Positions 1 through 11,348 of a stretch of DNA of 64,000 nucleotides are shown one piece after another. The notes beneath the pieces are model-generated. The model was not told the origin of the DNA. It saw only the letters and a list, made by a program, of their open reading frames with translations, and ran no database searches. This DNA is from a virus. Every line of letters begins with the position of its first letter. Position 1 is the first letter of the stretch. Made by a program: the position numbers and the translations under genes. The stretch spans positions 1-64,000 of the IMG/VR virus record IMGVR_UViG_3300043399_000633; one strand, 5' to 3'.

Positions 1-2
1 CA

Positions 3-608
3 CTAAAAGCAAAATTTGTTGCTGAAAGTGCAAAAAAAGTAAGCGGCGCTGTTGCTAATCATCTAAGGGGTGAGTTATCACAACTTAAAGAAGATATTCA
101 AGCAGCACGTGAAAATAATTTTGGACGCAAAATTTTTGAAAGTTTTGCAAGCGAATTTTCTGTTACACATCTTAACGAGAAAGCAGAAACACGCAAGTTA
201 ATATCACAGCTACAAGAAAAAGATCAACAGTTAGCAGAAGCTAAACAAATTTTGGATAATGCTAAAAGATTAGTTGAAAGTAAAGACCGCGAGGTCCGAA
301 TCATTAAAGAGTCTAACCTACGTGAAAAGACAATGGCAGAATTGCTAGCTCCATTGAATGAGGAAAAGGCTAATGTGATGAAAAATTTACTAGAAAGCGT
401 ACAGACTCCAAAGCTAAAGTCTGCTTTCGACAAGTATTTACCAGCAGTTCTTAATACAGGTTCTGAAAAGAAAGTTGCTGCAAAGCAATCATTATCAGAA
501 TCAAAAATGATTAGTGAAATTACTGGTGATAAAGCTGCCAAGAAACAAACTGAAGTAGAAGAAGGTAATGATAACCTTATCGACTTTAAGCGTTTGGCAG
601 GGCTATAA
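3..608 (+). CDS. Prohead core/scaffolding protein (5'-truncated by window edge)
   Basis: Frame open from position 3 to TAA at 606-608; charged coiled-coil sequence; ends in RLAGL; immediately upstream of the major capsid gene, as in T4 gp22-gp23. Confidence 0.7.
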   Translation, partial: LKAKFVAESAKKVSGAVANHLRGELSQLKEDIQAARENNFGRKIFESFASEFSVTHLNEKAETRKLISQLQEKDQQLAEAKQILDNAKRLVESKDREVRIIKESNLREKTMAELLAPLNEEKANVMKNLLESVQTPKLKSAFDKYLPAVLNTGSEKKVAAKQSLSESKMISEITGDKAAKKQTEVEEGNDNLIDFKRLAGL

Positions 609-633
609 ACGACATATATAGGAGAAAGATAAA

Positions 634-1830
634 ATGTCAAAAGTTCTATTAGAAAGCCGTTGGGACGAGACCAAAGAGGCCCTGTTAGAAGGCTTAAAGG
701 GCACTCGCCGCTCAACAATGGGTGTTATTCTAGAAAACACCAAAAAAGCTCTGTTGAAGGAATCTTCAGCAGGCACAACTACAGCAGGTAACATTGCTAC
801 ACTTAACCGTGTTATTCTTCCAGTTATCCGTCGTGTAATGCCAACAGTTATTGCTAACGAGTTGGTAGGCGTTCAGCCAATGACAGGTCCAGTTGGTCAG
901 ATTCACACATTACGTGTTCGTTATGCTCAGTCATTGACAGACAACAGTGCCGCACAGACAAGCGTAACAGCAGGTGAAGAAGCACTAAGTCCGTTCAAGA
1001 TTGCACAGGCATACTCACGTGTACCTCAGAATACCGGATCAACCAACTTCTATACTGCTAATGATACTGCAGCTCTTGAAGGCAACGGTGGTAAGCAAAT
1101 TAGCGTACAGATTCTACGTCAAGCTGTTGAAGCTAAGTCACGTAAGTTACAAGCACGTTGGACATTCGAAGCTGCTCAAGACGCACAAAGTCAGCATGGC
1201 ATTGACGTCGAAGCAGAAATCATGGCCGCTTTAGCACAAGAAATTACTGCTGAAATCGACCAAGAAATTCTATTGTCTCTACGTACTCTAGCAAGCACAG
1301 AGTTCACATACAACCAAGCAACTGTTTCCGGTACTGCTACATATGTTGGTGATGAACATGCTGCTCTAGCAGTTCTAATCAACCGTGTTGCTAACTTGAT
1401 TGCTCAACGCACTCGCCGTGGTGCAGGTAACTGGGCAGTTGTTTCAAGCGCAGCGTTGACAGTACTACAAAGTGCTACAACTTCTGCATTTGCACGTACA
1501 ACAGAAGGTACATTTGAAGCTCCAACAAATACTAAGTTTGTTGGTACATTGAACGGTGCAATGCGCGTGTTCGTTGACTCTTATGCTCCTGACACAACAC
1601 CTGTGTTAGTTGGTTATAAGGGTTCTAGCGAAACTGACGCAGCAGCATTCTATTGCCCATACATTCCATTGATGAGCAGTGGTGTTGTTCTAGATCCATC
1701 AACATTCGAACCAGTCGTATCGTTCATGACACGTTATGGCTACATCGAATTAACAAACACAGCATCATCATTCGGTAATGCTGCTGACTATGTTGGTGAG
1801 ATTGCCGTACAGAACCTCACCTTCCAGTGA
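634..1830 (+). CDS. gp23: Major capsid protein, T4 gp23-like
   Basis: Motifs GVQPMTGPVGQI, KSRKLQARWTFEAAQD, AEIDQEI, YCPYIPL, FMTRYG; RBS AGGAG upstream. Confidence 0.93.
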   Translation: MSKVLLESRWDETKEALLEGLKGTRRSTMGVILENTKKALLKESSAGTTTAGNIATLNRVILPVIRRVMPTVIANELVGVQPMTGPVGQIHTLRVRYAQSLTDNSAAQTSVTAGEEALSPFKIAQAYSRVPQNTGSTNFYTANDTAALEGNGGKQISVQILRQAVEAKSRKLQARWTFEAAQDAQSQHGIDVEAEIMAALAQEITAEIDQEILLSLRTLASTEFTYNQATVSGTATYVGDEHAALAVLINRVANLIAQRTRRGAGNWAVVSSAALTVLQSATTSAFARTTEGTFEAPTNTKFVGTLNGAMRVFVDSYAPDTTPVLVGYKGSSETDAAAFYCPYIPLMSSGVVLDPSTFEPVVSFMTRYGYIELTNTASSFGNAADYVGEIAVQNLTFQ

Positions 1831-1869
1831 AATTCAGTACATTTTAATATCTTTACAGATATTAACAAC

Positions 1870-1899
1870 ACAAAAGGGGCACTTAAGTGCCCCTTTTGT
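1870..1899 (+). terminator. Intrinsic, probably bidirectional, terminator after capsid gene
   Basis: ACAAAAGGGGCAC-TTAA-GTGCCCCTTTTGT perfect hairpin with A and T tracts. Confidence 0.85.
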
Positions 1900-2016
1900 T
1901 GGGTATGTTTTTAGTTTGAGCAGTCAACACGAAAAGATATCCTTAGTGCTTTTTTCCTTAAATCTATTTGATTGGTTTAGATAAATATATTATTGAGATA
2001 CATTCTAGGATAAAAT

Positions 2017-5000
2017 ATGGCATCTGAACCATTCAATTCTGCGGGTGGCTTTAGTGTAGGCATACCAGCTAACACTGTTATCGACGCAAACGGCAATGTC
2101 GTTACAAACGTAATGATACCTAACGGCAACGTAGTTGCTAATAACATATCTACTAACAATTTTGTTGTAACAGATAATGTTAATTTAGGTGACATTTTAA
2201 ATGTTACAATTTATGGTGGTGATAATGGCTATTTCTTGCAGACAGACGGAACAGGCAATTTAACTTGGGCCGCCGGCGGCAATGGTGGTGGTGGCAATGG
2301 AACACCCGGCGGATCGAATACTCAAGTACAGTTTAACGATGCAGGTGAGTTTGGTGGATTTGCCGGCTTTACTTTTGATAAAACAACTGGCAATTTAAAT
2401 GTACCTGGAAATGTTATTACCAATGGATTAGTGACATTTGATGCCACCGTAACAGGAGATTTGATAGCAAATACAATTACGTCTAGTGGTAATGTATATG
2501 CAGAATATTTCTATGGTGATGGTAGTAATTTAACAAACATATCAGGTATATCTGGTAGCTCTGGTAAATCAGGTTATAGTGGTCCTTCAGGATGGTCAGG
2601 TTTTTCAGGTCTATCTGGATTAAGTGGTCTATCTGGATTAAGTGGTTATTCTGGTTCAGGTATATCAGGATTTACAGGTATAAGTGGCACTTCAGGCATA
2701 TCAGGTTTTTCAGGATTGTCAGGTTTTTCAGGCAGATCGGGATTGTCGGGTTGGTCTGGCGCTAGTGGTTTAACAGGTGTATCGGGTAAATCAGGATTTA
2801 GTGGATTAGGATTAAGCGGGTTTTCAGGTGCATCTGGATTTAGTGGGTTTTCAGGTAAAGGTATTCAACTTGCAGGAAGCGTATTTGATTATACATTTCT
2901 TCCAAATGGACAACCACAAGGAGTGGTATTTATCATACTAAATGCAGGTGGAGGATACAATGCAGGTGACGGTGCAGTAAGTAACGGTAACAATACATGG
3001 TCTAACATAGGACCATTACAAGGACCTTCTGGCTTTAGTGGAACAAGTGGCTTTAGTGGTGAATCAGGTATCAGTGGCTTTACAGGTGAATCAGGTATCA
3101 GTGGGTTTAGTGGTACATCGGGTATATCGGGTGAATCTGGTATATCAGGTTTCAGTGGCACTTCAGGTATATCAGGTATAAGTGGTATAAGTGGATTCAC
3201 AGGAGTCAGTGGTTGGTCTGGTGTTTCGGGAACCAGTGGCATTTCAGGTACCAGCGGTACATCAGGTATTACAGGCGTAAGTGGCTGGTCTGGTATTTCG
3301 GGAATTAGTGGTACGTCGGGTGTTTCTGGTATATCTGGTATATCAGGATGGTCTGGTACTAGCGGCATTTCAGGTGTTAGCGGATTCACAGGAGTCAGTG
3401 GTTGGAGTGGTGTTTCGGGAACTAGTGGTACTTCTGGTACTTCAGGCACTAGTGGAACTTCAGGCACTAGTGGAACTTCAGGTTGGAGTGGTATTAGCGG
3501 TTGGAGTGGTACATCGGGTGCATCGGGAACTACAGGTGTAAGTGGATTTACTGGCATAAGTGGTTGGTCTGGTACCAGCGGTACATCAGGGGCAAGTGGA
3601 TTCAGTGGTACATCAGGGGCAAGTGGATTCAGCGGTGCATCAGGTACCTCAGGATTTAGTGGTATTAGTGGCACTACTGGTATTTCTGGTACGTCCGGTT
3701 GGTCTGGTACATCTGGTTGGTCTGGTACGTCCGGTTGGTCTGGTACATCTGGTTGGTCTGGTACCAGCGGTATATCAGGAGTAAGTGGATTCAGTGGAAC
3801 ATCAGGTACTACAGGTGTAAGTGGATTTAGTGGATCAGGTGTAAGTGGATTCAGTGGAACATCAGGTACTACAGGTGTAAGTGGATTCAGTGGAACATCA
3901 GGTACTACAGGTGTAAGTGGATTTACAGGTGTAAGTGGATTTAGCGGAACATCAGGTGTAAGTGGATTCAGCGGTGCCAGTGGTATAGCAGGTGTCTCAT
4001 CAACTATATTTGAATATTTTGCTGATACGACTGCTACTTCAGGTGATCCTGGTAATGGAGATATATTATGGAATAATGCGACACAAACCAGTGCCACAGC
4101 AATTAATGTAAGTATGATTACCAACGATGGTATTGATATTGACATTTACTTAGCATTATTAGACAAAACAGAAGTCATTACATTACAAGATAAGATTCAG
4201 AGTAATAATTTTCAACGTTGGGAAATCAATGGAACCCCTACAAATCAGACAGGATATTGGATTTTTCCTGTAACGCTATTATCTTCAGGTGGCACTGGAA
4301 CTACTGGATTTACTAATGGAACTGAATTGATTCTTGCTCTAGTGCAAGGCGTAAGCGGAGCGTCAGGTATTAGTGGCACATCAGGTATTAGTGGCTTCAG
4401 TGGTAGATCGGGTTGGAGTGGTACGTCCGGATTCACTGGTATAAGTGGATTCAGTGGCACTACTGGTACAACAGGTGTAAGTGGATTTAGTGGTACTACA
4501 GGTGTAAGTGGATTTAGTGGTACTACAGGTGTAAGTGGATTTAGTGGTACTACAGGTGTAAGTGGATTTAGTGGTACTACAGGTGTAAGTGGATTTAGTG
4601 GCACTACTGGTATAAGTGGATTTAGTGGCACAAGCGGTACAACAGGTGTAAGTGGATTCAGTGGTGCAAGTGGTACTACTGGCGTAAGTGGATTCAGTGG
4701 TACATCAGGTATTTCAGGAACATCAGGTGTAAGTGGATTCAGTGGTACATCAGGTATTTCAGGAACATCAGGTATTTCAGGAACATCAGGTATTTCAGGA
4801 ACATCAGGTTGGAGTGGATTCAGTGGTACATCAGGTATTTCAGGAACATCAGGTATTTCAGGAACATCAGGAACCACAGGTATAAGTGGTTGGAGTGGTA
4901 CAAGTGGTGTATCGGGATGGAGTGGTGTATCAGGATGGAGTGGTGTATCGGGTATTTCAGGAACATCAGGTACTACTGGTATAAGCGGTTGGAGTGGCAC

Positions 5001-8000
5001 ATCTGGTACATCAGGTATTTCAGGAACATCAGGAACCACAGGTATAAGTGGTTGGAGTGGTACATCGGGTGCATCGGGAACTACAGGTGTAAGCGGGTTT
5101 AGTGGCACAAGTGGTACTACTGGCTTAAGTGGATTCACTGGTGTAAGTGGATTCACTGGTGTAAGTGGCATATCCGGAACTACTGGTATAAGCGGATTCA
5201 GTGGCACTACTGGTATAAGTGGTACATCAGGCACTACTGGTGTAAGTGGATTCAGTGGCACTACTGGTATAAGCGGATTTAGTGGCTCTGGTATAAGCGG
5301 ATTCAGCGGCGCCAGTGGTACATCAGGTACTAGTGGTTTTTCAGGAAAATCTATTAATATTGCAGGCAGCGTAGCATCATATACTTTGTTACCCAATGGT
5401 ACACCAGCTGGCACCGTTTATATCGTTCAAACTTCCGGTGGAGGATATAATGCAGGTGATGGTGCATTGAGCAATGGCGATAATACATGGACTAATATAG
5501 GACCATTGCAAGGACCTTCAGGATTTAGTGGTGTTAGTGGGTCAGGTATTAGTGGATTTAGTGGATTTAGTGGATCAGGCATTAGTGGATTTAGTGGAAC
5601 TACTGGTGTAAGCGGTACATCAGGTACATCAGGTATAAGTGGATTTAGTGGAACTAGTGGTACAACAGGTGTAAGTGGATTTAGCGGAACTAGTGGTACA
5701 ACAGGTATGAGTGGCTTTAGTGGAACATCAGGAATTTCTGGAGCTACAGGTGTAAGTGGATATAGTGGTACAACAGGTGTAAGTGGATTTAGTGGTACAA
5801 GCGGTACATCAGGATGGAGTGGCACCAGTGGTACTACTGGTGTTTCTGGTGTAAGTGGCTGGTCTGGAACTAGTGGTGCAAGTGGCACTACAGGTGTCAG
5901 TGGATTTAGTGGAACATCAGGAATTTCAGGAGCTACAGGTGTAAGTGGTTGGTCGGGTGTTTCAGGTATAAGTGGCACATCAGGTACTAGTGGTTGGTCG
6001 GGTGTTTCAGGTATAAGTGGCACATCAGGTACTAGTGGTTGGTCGGGTGTTTCAGGTATAAGTGGCTTCAGTGGTACAAGTGGTATTACTGGTGTAAGCG
6101 GATTCAGTGGTACTACAGGTGTAAGCGGATTCAGTGGTACAAGTGGTACATCAGGTATTTCAGGTATAAGTGGCTTCAGTGGTACAAGTGGTATTACTGG
6201 TGTAAGTGGCTTTAGCGGCACATCAGGTATTTCTGGAACTACTGGTGTAAGCGGATTCAGTGGTACTACAGGTGTAAGCGGTTGGAGCGGTGTAAGTGGA
6301 ATTTCTGGTTCTAGTGGTTTTTCGGGAACATCAGGATGGTCTGGTGTTAGTGGCCAATCAGGAGTAAGTGGATTTAGTGGCCAATCAGGCGTAAGTGGAT
6401 TTAGTGGTCAATCAGGTATATCAGGTACAAGCGGTACATCAGGTATTTCTGGAACTACTGGTGTAAGTGGATTCAGTGGTGCAAGCGGTACTACAGGCGT
6501 AAGCGGCTGGAGTGGAACTAGTGGTGCTTCAGGAATATCAGGTACGTCTGGATTCACAGGTGTGAGTGGTTGGAGCGGTGTGAGTGGTACATCAGGCGTA
6601 AGCGGTGCATCAGGCACTAGCGGTTGGTCAGGCACTAGCGGTGCATCAGGCACTAGCGGTTGGTCAGGCATTAGCGGTGCATCAGGCACTAGCGGTATCT
6701 CGGGTATAAGTGGTGTAAGTGGATTTAGTGGCACTACTGGTGTTTCTGGTACTACAGGTATTAGTGGATTTAGTGGTACATCAGGAATATCAGGGTATAG
6801 TGGCACTACTGGAGTCAGTGGCTTCAGTGGTACTTCAGGATGGTCAGGCACCACTGGTGTAAGTGGTTTTAGTGGTGCAAGTGGTATAACAGGTGTAAGT
6901 GGATTTAGCGGTGCTTCAGGCACTACAGGCGTAAGTGGTTGGAGTGGTGTAAGTGGTTGGAGTGGTGTAAGTGGTACGTCAGGAGCAAGCGGTACAACTG
7001 GTGTAAGTGGCTGGTCTGGAACTAGTGGTGCTTCAGGTACAACTGGTGTAAGTGGCTGGTCTGGAACTAGTGGTGCTTCAGGTACAACTGGTGTAAGTGG
7101 CTGGTCTGGTGTTTCGGGAACTAGCGGTATTAGCGGAACTTCAGGTACCACTGGTGTAAGTGGCTGGTCTGGAACTAGCGGTGCTTCAGGTACCACTGGT
7201 GTAAGTGGCTGGTCTGGAACTAGTGGTGCTTCAGGTACCACTGGTGTAAGTGGTTTTAGTGGTGCAAGTGGTACAACAGGTGTAAGTGGATTTAGCGGCG
7301 CCTCAGGTACTACTGGTGTAAGTGGATTTAGTGGTGCATCAGGTACCTCAGGATTTAGTGGCTTCAGTGGATCAGGTGTAAGTGGCTTCAGTGGTACATC
7401 GGGTGTAAGTGGTACGTCAGGAGCTAGCGGTACAACTGGTGTAAGTGGCTGGTCTGGAACTAGTGGTGCTTCAGGTACAACTGGTGTAAGTGGCTGGTCT
7501 GGAACTAGCGGTGCTTCAGGTACCACTGGTGTAAGTGGTTTTAGTGGTACATCAGGTATTTCTGGAACTACTGGTTTAAGTGGATTCAGCGGAACATCAG
7601 GTACTACAGGTGTAAGTGGATTCAGCGGAACATCAGGTACTACAGGTGTAAGTGGATTCAGTGGCACAAGTGGTACTACAGGTGTAAGTGGATTTAGTGG
7701 AAGATCAGGATGGAGTGGTACTTCAGGATTTTCAGGTGCCAGTGGTATAGCAGGTGTCTCATCAACTATATTTGAATATTTTGCTGATACGACTGCTACT
7801 TCAGGTGATCCTGGTAATGGAGATATATTATGGAATAATGCGACACAAACCAGTGCCACACAACTAAATGTTAGTTCTACTACTAATGATGGTATAAACA
7901 TTAACATATATCTTGCATTATTACAACAAACAGAAATTATTACTTTGCAAGACAAAGCACAGAGTAATAATTTTCAACGTTGGGAAATCAATGGAACCCC

Positions 8001-10536
8001 TACAAATCAAACAACCTATTGGACTATTCCTATAACATTAACGTCTTCAGGTGGCGCTGGAACTACTGGATTTACTAATGGAACTGAATTGATTCTTGCT
8101 CTAGTGCAAGGCGTAAGCGGAGCGTCAGGTATTAGTGGCACATCAGGTATTAGTGGCACATCAGGTATTAGTGGCTTCAGTGGTAGATCGGGTTGGAGTG
8201 GTACGTCCGGATTTACTGGTATAAGTGGATTCAGTGGCACTACTGGTGTAAGTGGATTTAGTGGTACAAGTGGTACCACTGGTATAAGTGGATTCAGTGG
8301 CACAAGTGGTACAACAGGTGTAAGTGGATTCAGTGGTACTACTGGTGTAAGTGGATTCAGTGGCATTAGTGGTACAACAGGTGTCAGTGGATTCAGTGGC
8401 ATTAGTGGTACAACAGGTGTCAGTGGATTCAGTGGCACAAGTGGTACAACAGGTGTAAGCGGCTTTAGTGGTACATCAGGTATTTCTGGAACTACTGGCG
8501 TAAGTGGATTTAGTGGCACAAGTGGTACAACAGGTGTAAGTGGATTCAGTGGTAGATCAGGATGGAGTGGCTTTAGTGGCTTTAGTGGTATTAGCGGATT
8601 TAGTGGTACAACAGGTATAAGTGGATTTAGTGGCACAAGTGGTACAACAGGTGTAAGTGGCTTTAGTGGTGCCTCAGGTACTACAGGTATATCAGGTGTA
8701 TCAGGTTGGTCTGGCATAAGCGGGATATCAGGCGTATCAGGTTGGAGCGGAACAACAGGTGTCTCAGGCACATCAGGCGTATCAGGTTGGAGTGGAATAT
8801 CAGGCGTATCAGGTTGGAGCGGAACAACAGGTGTCTCAGGCACATCAGGCGTATCAGGTTGGAGCGGAACAACAGGTGTCTCAGGCACATCAGGTGTATC
8901 AGGTTGGAGTGGTACTTCAGGCACATCAGGTGTATCAGGTTGGAGTGGTACTTCAGGCACATCAGGTGTATCAGGTTGGAGTGGTACTTCAGGATTTAGC
9001 GGTTCAGGAGTAAGTGGTTGGAGTGGTGCTTCAGGTACAACTGGTATAAGTGGATTCAGTGGTACATCAGGTACTACAGGTGTCTCAGGTTGGAGTGGTG
9101 CTTCAGGTACAACTGGTATAAGTGGATTCAGTGGTACATCAGGTACTACAGGTGTCTCAGGTTGGAGTGGTGCTTCAGGTACAACTGGTATAAGTGGATT
9201 CAGTGGTAGATCAGGATGGAGTGGTACTAGTGGCTTTAGCGGTACAAGTGGTACAACAGGTGTAAGTGGATTCAGTGGTACATCAGGTACTACAGGTGTC
9301 TCAGGTTGGAGTGGTACGAGTGGTATTTCTGGAACTACTGGTATAAGTGGATTCAGTGGTACATCAGGTACTACAGGTGTAAGCGGCTTCAGTGGTACGA
9401 GTGGTATTTCTGGAACTACTGGTGTAAGTGGATTTAGTGGTACAAGTGGTACTACTGGTATAAGCGGCTGGAGTGGTGCAACAGGAATCTCTGGCACTTC
9501 GGGTACATCAGGGTTTACTGGTGTAAGCGGCTGGAGTGGTACTTCTGGTATTTCAGGTACATCAGGAACTACTGGTGTAAGTGGCTGGAGCGGCACATCA
9601 GGAACTACTGGTGTAAGTGGTTGGTCAGGTGCATCGGGTACTACTGGAGTGAGTGGTATATCAGGATGGAGTGGTACTAGTGGCTTTAGCGGTACAAGTG
9701 GTACAACAGGTGTAAGCGGCTTTAGTGGTACATCAGGTATTTCTGGAACTACTGGCGTAAGTGGATTCAGTGGCACAAGTGGTACAACTGGTATAAGTGG
9801 ATTCAGTGGTACATCAGGTACTACAGGTGTCTCAGGTTGGAGTGGTGCTTCAGGTACAACTGGTATAAGTGGATTCAGTGGTACATCAGGTATTTCTGGA
9901 ACTACTGGCGTAAGTGGATTTAGTGGCACAAGTGGTACAACAGGTGTAAGTGGATTCAGTGGTAGATCAGGATGGAGTGGCTTTAGTGGCTTTAGTGGTA
10001 TTAGCGGATTTAGTGGTACAACAGGTATAAGTGGATTTAGTGGTACATCTGGACAAGCAGGACCAAGTACAGTAATTAATGCAACAGATGATAATAGTAC
10101 TGCTACATTGTATCCAGTTATGGTCGGCGCCGCAGGTTCGGCGCAGACTCCTAAAGTAGATGCATCGACAACTCCGTTGGTATATAACGCTTCAACAGGT
10201 ACGTTGCAAGTTCCGGGTTATTTAGATACAGGTGTAACTGATTCTATAACTGCTGCCGGCACCGTACAAGGCAATGCTACAGTATTAACCACAGAAATTA
10301 ATAATGTTACAACTGTTGCAGCAGGAACAGGAGTTATATTACCACTTGCAATTGGAGGTTTGCGTGTTACTGTACGAAACGGAGGAGCAAATACACTCAA
10401 CGTTTATCCAAATACATCGGATCAAATTAATGCTGCAGCAGTTAACGTCGCTTATTCATTGGTGGTTGGTGGTTGTGTAGAGTTCATTGCAATGAATGCT
10501 ACAAATTGGTATACATTGAACGCAACTTATGTCTAA
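2017..10536 (+). CDS. Giant collagen-like (Gly-X-Ser/Thr)n virion fibre protein, 2839 aa
   Basis: Gly at every third residue over most of the length; N-terminal [11 protein letters not shown] fibre motif; interspersed globular domains; GATAAATA late-type promoter at 1980-1987. Confidence 0.8.
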   Translation: MASEPFNSAGGFSVGIPANTVIDANGNVVTNVMIPNGNVVANNISTNNFVVTDNVNLGDILNVTIYGGDNGYFLQTDGTGNLTWAAGGNGGGGNGTPGGSNTQVQFNDAGEFGGFAGFTFDKTTGNLNVPGNVITNGLVTFDATVTGDLIANTITSSGNVYAEYFYGDGSNLTNISGISGSSGKSGYSGPSGWSGFSGLSGLSGLSGLSGYSGSGISGFTGISGTSGISGFSGLSGFSGRSGLSGWSGASGLTGVSGKSGFSGLGLSGFSGASGFSGFSGKGIQLAGSVFDYTFLPNGQPQGVVFIILNAGGGYNAGDGAVSNGNNTWSNIGPLQGPSGFSGTSGFSGESGISGFTGESGISGFSGTSGISGESGISGFSGTSGISGISGISGFTGVSGWSGVSGTSGISGTSGTSGITGVSGWSGISGISGTSGVSGISGISGWSGTSGISGVSGFTGVSGWSGVSGTSGTSGTSGTSGTSGTSGTSGWSGISGWSGTSGASGTTGVSGFTGISGWSGTSGTSGASGFSGTSGASGFSGASGTSGFSGISGTTGISGTSGWSGTSGWSGTSGWSGTSGWSGTSGISGVSGFSGTSGTTGVSGFSGSGVSGFSGTSGTTGVSGFSGTSGTTGVSGFTGVSGFSGTSGVSGFSGASGIAGVSSTIFEYFADTTATSGDPGNGDILWNNATQTSATAINVSMITNDGIDIDIYLALLDKTEVITLQDKIQSNNFQRWEINGTPTNQTGYWIFPVTLLSSGGTGTTGFTNGTELILALVQGVSGASGISGTSGISGFSGRSGWSGTSGFTGISGFSGTTGTTGVSGFSGTTGVSGFSGTTGVSGFSGTTGVSGFSGTTGVSGFSGTTGISGFSGTSGTTGVSGFSGASGTTGVSGFSGTSGISGTSGVSGFSGTSGISGTSGISGTSGISGTSGWSGFSGTSGISGTSGISGTSGTTGISGWSGTSGVSGWSGVSGWSGVSGISGTSGTTGISGWSGTSGTSGISGTSGTTGISGWSGTSGASGTTGVSGFSGTSGTTGLSGFTGVSGFTGVSGISGTTGISGFSGTTGISGTSGTTGVSGFSGTTGISGFSGSGISGFSGASGTSGTSGFSGKSINIAGSVASYTLLPNGTPAGTVYIVQTSGGGYNAGDGALSNGDNTWTNIGPLQGPSGFSGVSGSGISGFSGFSGSGISGFSGTTGVSGTSGTSGISGFSGTSGTTGVSGFSGTSGTTGMSGFSGTSGISGATGVSGYSGTTGVSGFSGTSGTSGWSGTSGTTGVSGVSGWSGTSGASGTTGVSGFSGTSGISGATGVSGWSGVSGISGTSGTSGWSGVSGISGTSGTSGWSGVSGISGFSGTSGITGVSGFSGTTGVSGFSGTSGTSGISGISGFSGTSGITGVSGFSGTSGISGTTGVSGFSGTTGVSGWSGVSGISGSSGFSGTSGWSGVSGQSGVSGFSGQSGVSGFSGQSGISGTSGTSGISGTTGVSGFSGASGTTGVSGWSGTSGASGISGTSGFTGVSGWSGVSGTSGVSGASGTSGWSGTSGASGTSGWSGISGASGTSGISGISGVSGFSGTTGVSGTTGISGFSGTSGISGYSGTTGVSGFSGTSGWSGTTGVSGFSGASGITGVSGFSGASGTTGVSGWSGVSGWSGVSGTSGASGTTGVSGWSGTSGASGTTGVSGWSGTSGASGTTGVSGWSGVSGTSGISGTSGTTGVSGWSGTSGASGTTGVSGWSGTSGASGTTGVSGFSGASGTTGVSGFSGASGTTGVSGFSGASGTSGFSGFSGSGVSGFSGTSGVSGTSGASGTTGVSGWSGTSGASGTTGVSGWSGTSGASGTTGVSGFSGTSGISGTTGLSGFSGTSGTTGVSGFSGTSGTTGVSGFSGTSGTTGVSGFSGRSGWSGTSGFSGASGIAGVSSTIFEYFADTTATSGDPGNGDILWNNATQTSATQLNVSSTTNDGININIYLALLQQTEIITLQDKAQSNNFQRWEINGTPTNQTTYWTIPITLTSSGGAGTTGFTNGTELILALVQGVSGASGISGTSGISGTSGISGFSGRSGWSGTSGFTGISGFSGTTGVSGFSGTSGTTGISGFSGTSGTTGVSGFSGTTGVSGFSGISGTTGVSGFSGISGTTGVSGFSGTSGTTGVSGFSGTSGISGTTGVSGFSGTSGTTGVSGFSGRSGWSGFSGFSGISGFSGTTGISGFSGTSGTTGVSGFSGASGTTGISGVSGWSGISGISGVSGWSGTTGVSGTSGVSGWSGISGVSGWSGTTGVSGTSGVSGWSGTTGVSGTSGVSGWSGTSGTSGVSGWSGTSGTSGVSGWSGTSGFSGSGVSGWSGASGTTGISGFSGTSGTTGVSGWSGASGTTGISGFSGTSGTTGVSGWSGASGTTGISGFSGRSGWSGTSGFSGTSGTTGVSGFSGTSGTTGVSGWSGTSGISGTTGISGFSGTSGTTGVSGFSGTSGISGTTGVSGFSGTSGTTGISGWSGATGISGTSGTSGFTGVSGWSGTSGISGTSGTTGVSGWSGTSGTTGVSGWSGASGTTGVSGISGWSGTSGFSGTSGTTGVSGFSGTSGISGTTGVSGFSGTSGTTGISGFSGTSGTTGVSGWSGASGTTGISGFSGTSGISGTTGVSGFSGTSGTTGVSGFSGRSGWSGFSGFSGISGFSGTTGISGFSGTSGQAGPSTVINATDDNSTATLYPVMVGAAGSAQTPKVDASTTPLVYNASTGTLQVPGYLDTGVTDSITAAGTVQGNATVLTTEINNVTTVAAGTGVILPLAIGGLRVTVRNGGANTLNVYPNTSDQINAAAVNVAYSLVVGGCVEFIAMNATNWYTLNATYV
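2545..10050 (+). repeat. 9-nt-period tandem repeat (e.g. GGT-NNN-AGT/TCA) encoding G-X-S/T triplets
   Basis: Directly visible; interrupted by four non-repetitive domains. Confidence 0.95.
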
Positions 10537-10583
10537 AATTTAATGCCCGATTACTATAATCATAAGTAGTATGAGGGCATTAA

Positions 10584-11339
10584 ATGAAATACAGTATCAT
10601 TATTCCTACCTACAACAATTGCGAAAAATTTTTAAAACCCTGTATTGAAGCGTTATTGAGATATTCACACCTTGATGACATTGAATTAGTATTAAGCGCC
10701 AACGGTTGTATCGATAATACACGCGATTTTTTGGATAAATTGCGTGAAAGTTTTGATTATTTAGGTAAAAATGAACACCTAAAGATAGTTTGGCATGATG
10801 AAGCATTGGGATACGCTAGAGCTACAAACGCAGGTATACGTATAGCATCTTGTGATAAATTGGTAATGCTTAACAATGATGCCATATTGTTACCACAGCA
10901 TCGCGGCGATTGGCTAAAATTACTACATAGAGGTTTTGATGAAAATCCTAACTGTGGCATTACTTGTTCATTGAAAAAGTATTCCCCCATTACTAAAATG
11001 AACTTTGGTGTTTTCTTCTGTGTTATGATAGATAGAAAAGTAATAGATAAAGTGGGATTATTGGATGAACGATATGAAAAAGGCGGCAATGAAGATATAG
11101 ATTTTTGTGCTGCTGCACAACTATTAGGTTACGAAATTGTTCAACCCGTACCATTAGTTTGGAGTGAAGAAGCACAAATACATGTGGGAACGTTTCCTCT
11201 TTGGCATCAAGGTGAAGGAACAGTACACAATCCTGAATTAGTTAGTGATTGGGAAAAAACATTTCGTAGAAATGAATTAAAACTAGCACTCAAATATAAT
11301 AATATGGAATGGTACGAAAAATATAAGCACACAGCATAA
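10584..11339 (+). CDS. GT2 family glycosyltransferase
   Basis: SIIIPTYN start, LNND (DxD-like) motif, ED motif in GGNEDID. Confidence 0.88.
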   Translation: MKYSIIIPTYNNCEKFLKPCIEALLRYSHLDDIELVLSANGCIDNTRDFLDKLRESFDYLGKNEHLKIVWHDEALGYARATNAGIRIASCDKLVMLNNDAILLPQHRGDWLKLLHRGFDENPNCGITCSLKKYSPITKMNFGVFFCVMIDRKVIDKVGLLDERYEKGGNEDIDFCAAAQLLGYEIVQPVPLVWSEEAQIHVGTFPLWHQGEGTVHNPELVSDWEKTFRRNELKLALKYNNMEWYEKYKHTA

Positions 11340-11348
11340 AGGTAAAGA

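Noticed and set aside
2889-9929. Long Pro/Leu/Val-rich minus-strand ORFs and short alternative-frame ORFs inside the fibre gene
   Set aside because: Shadow frames produced by the 9-nt Gly-X-Ser repeat; no RBS or independent features
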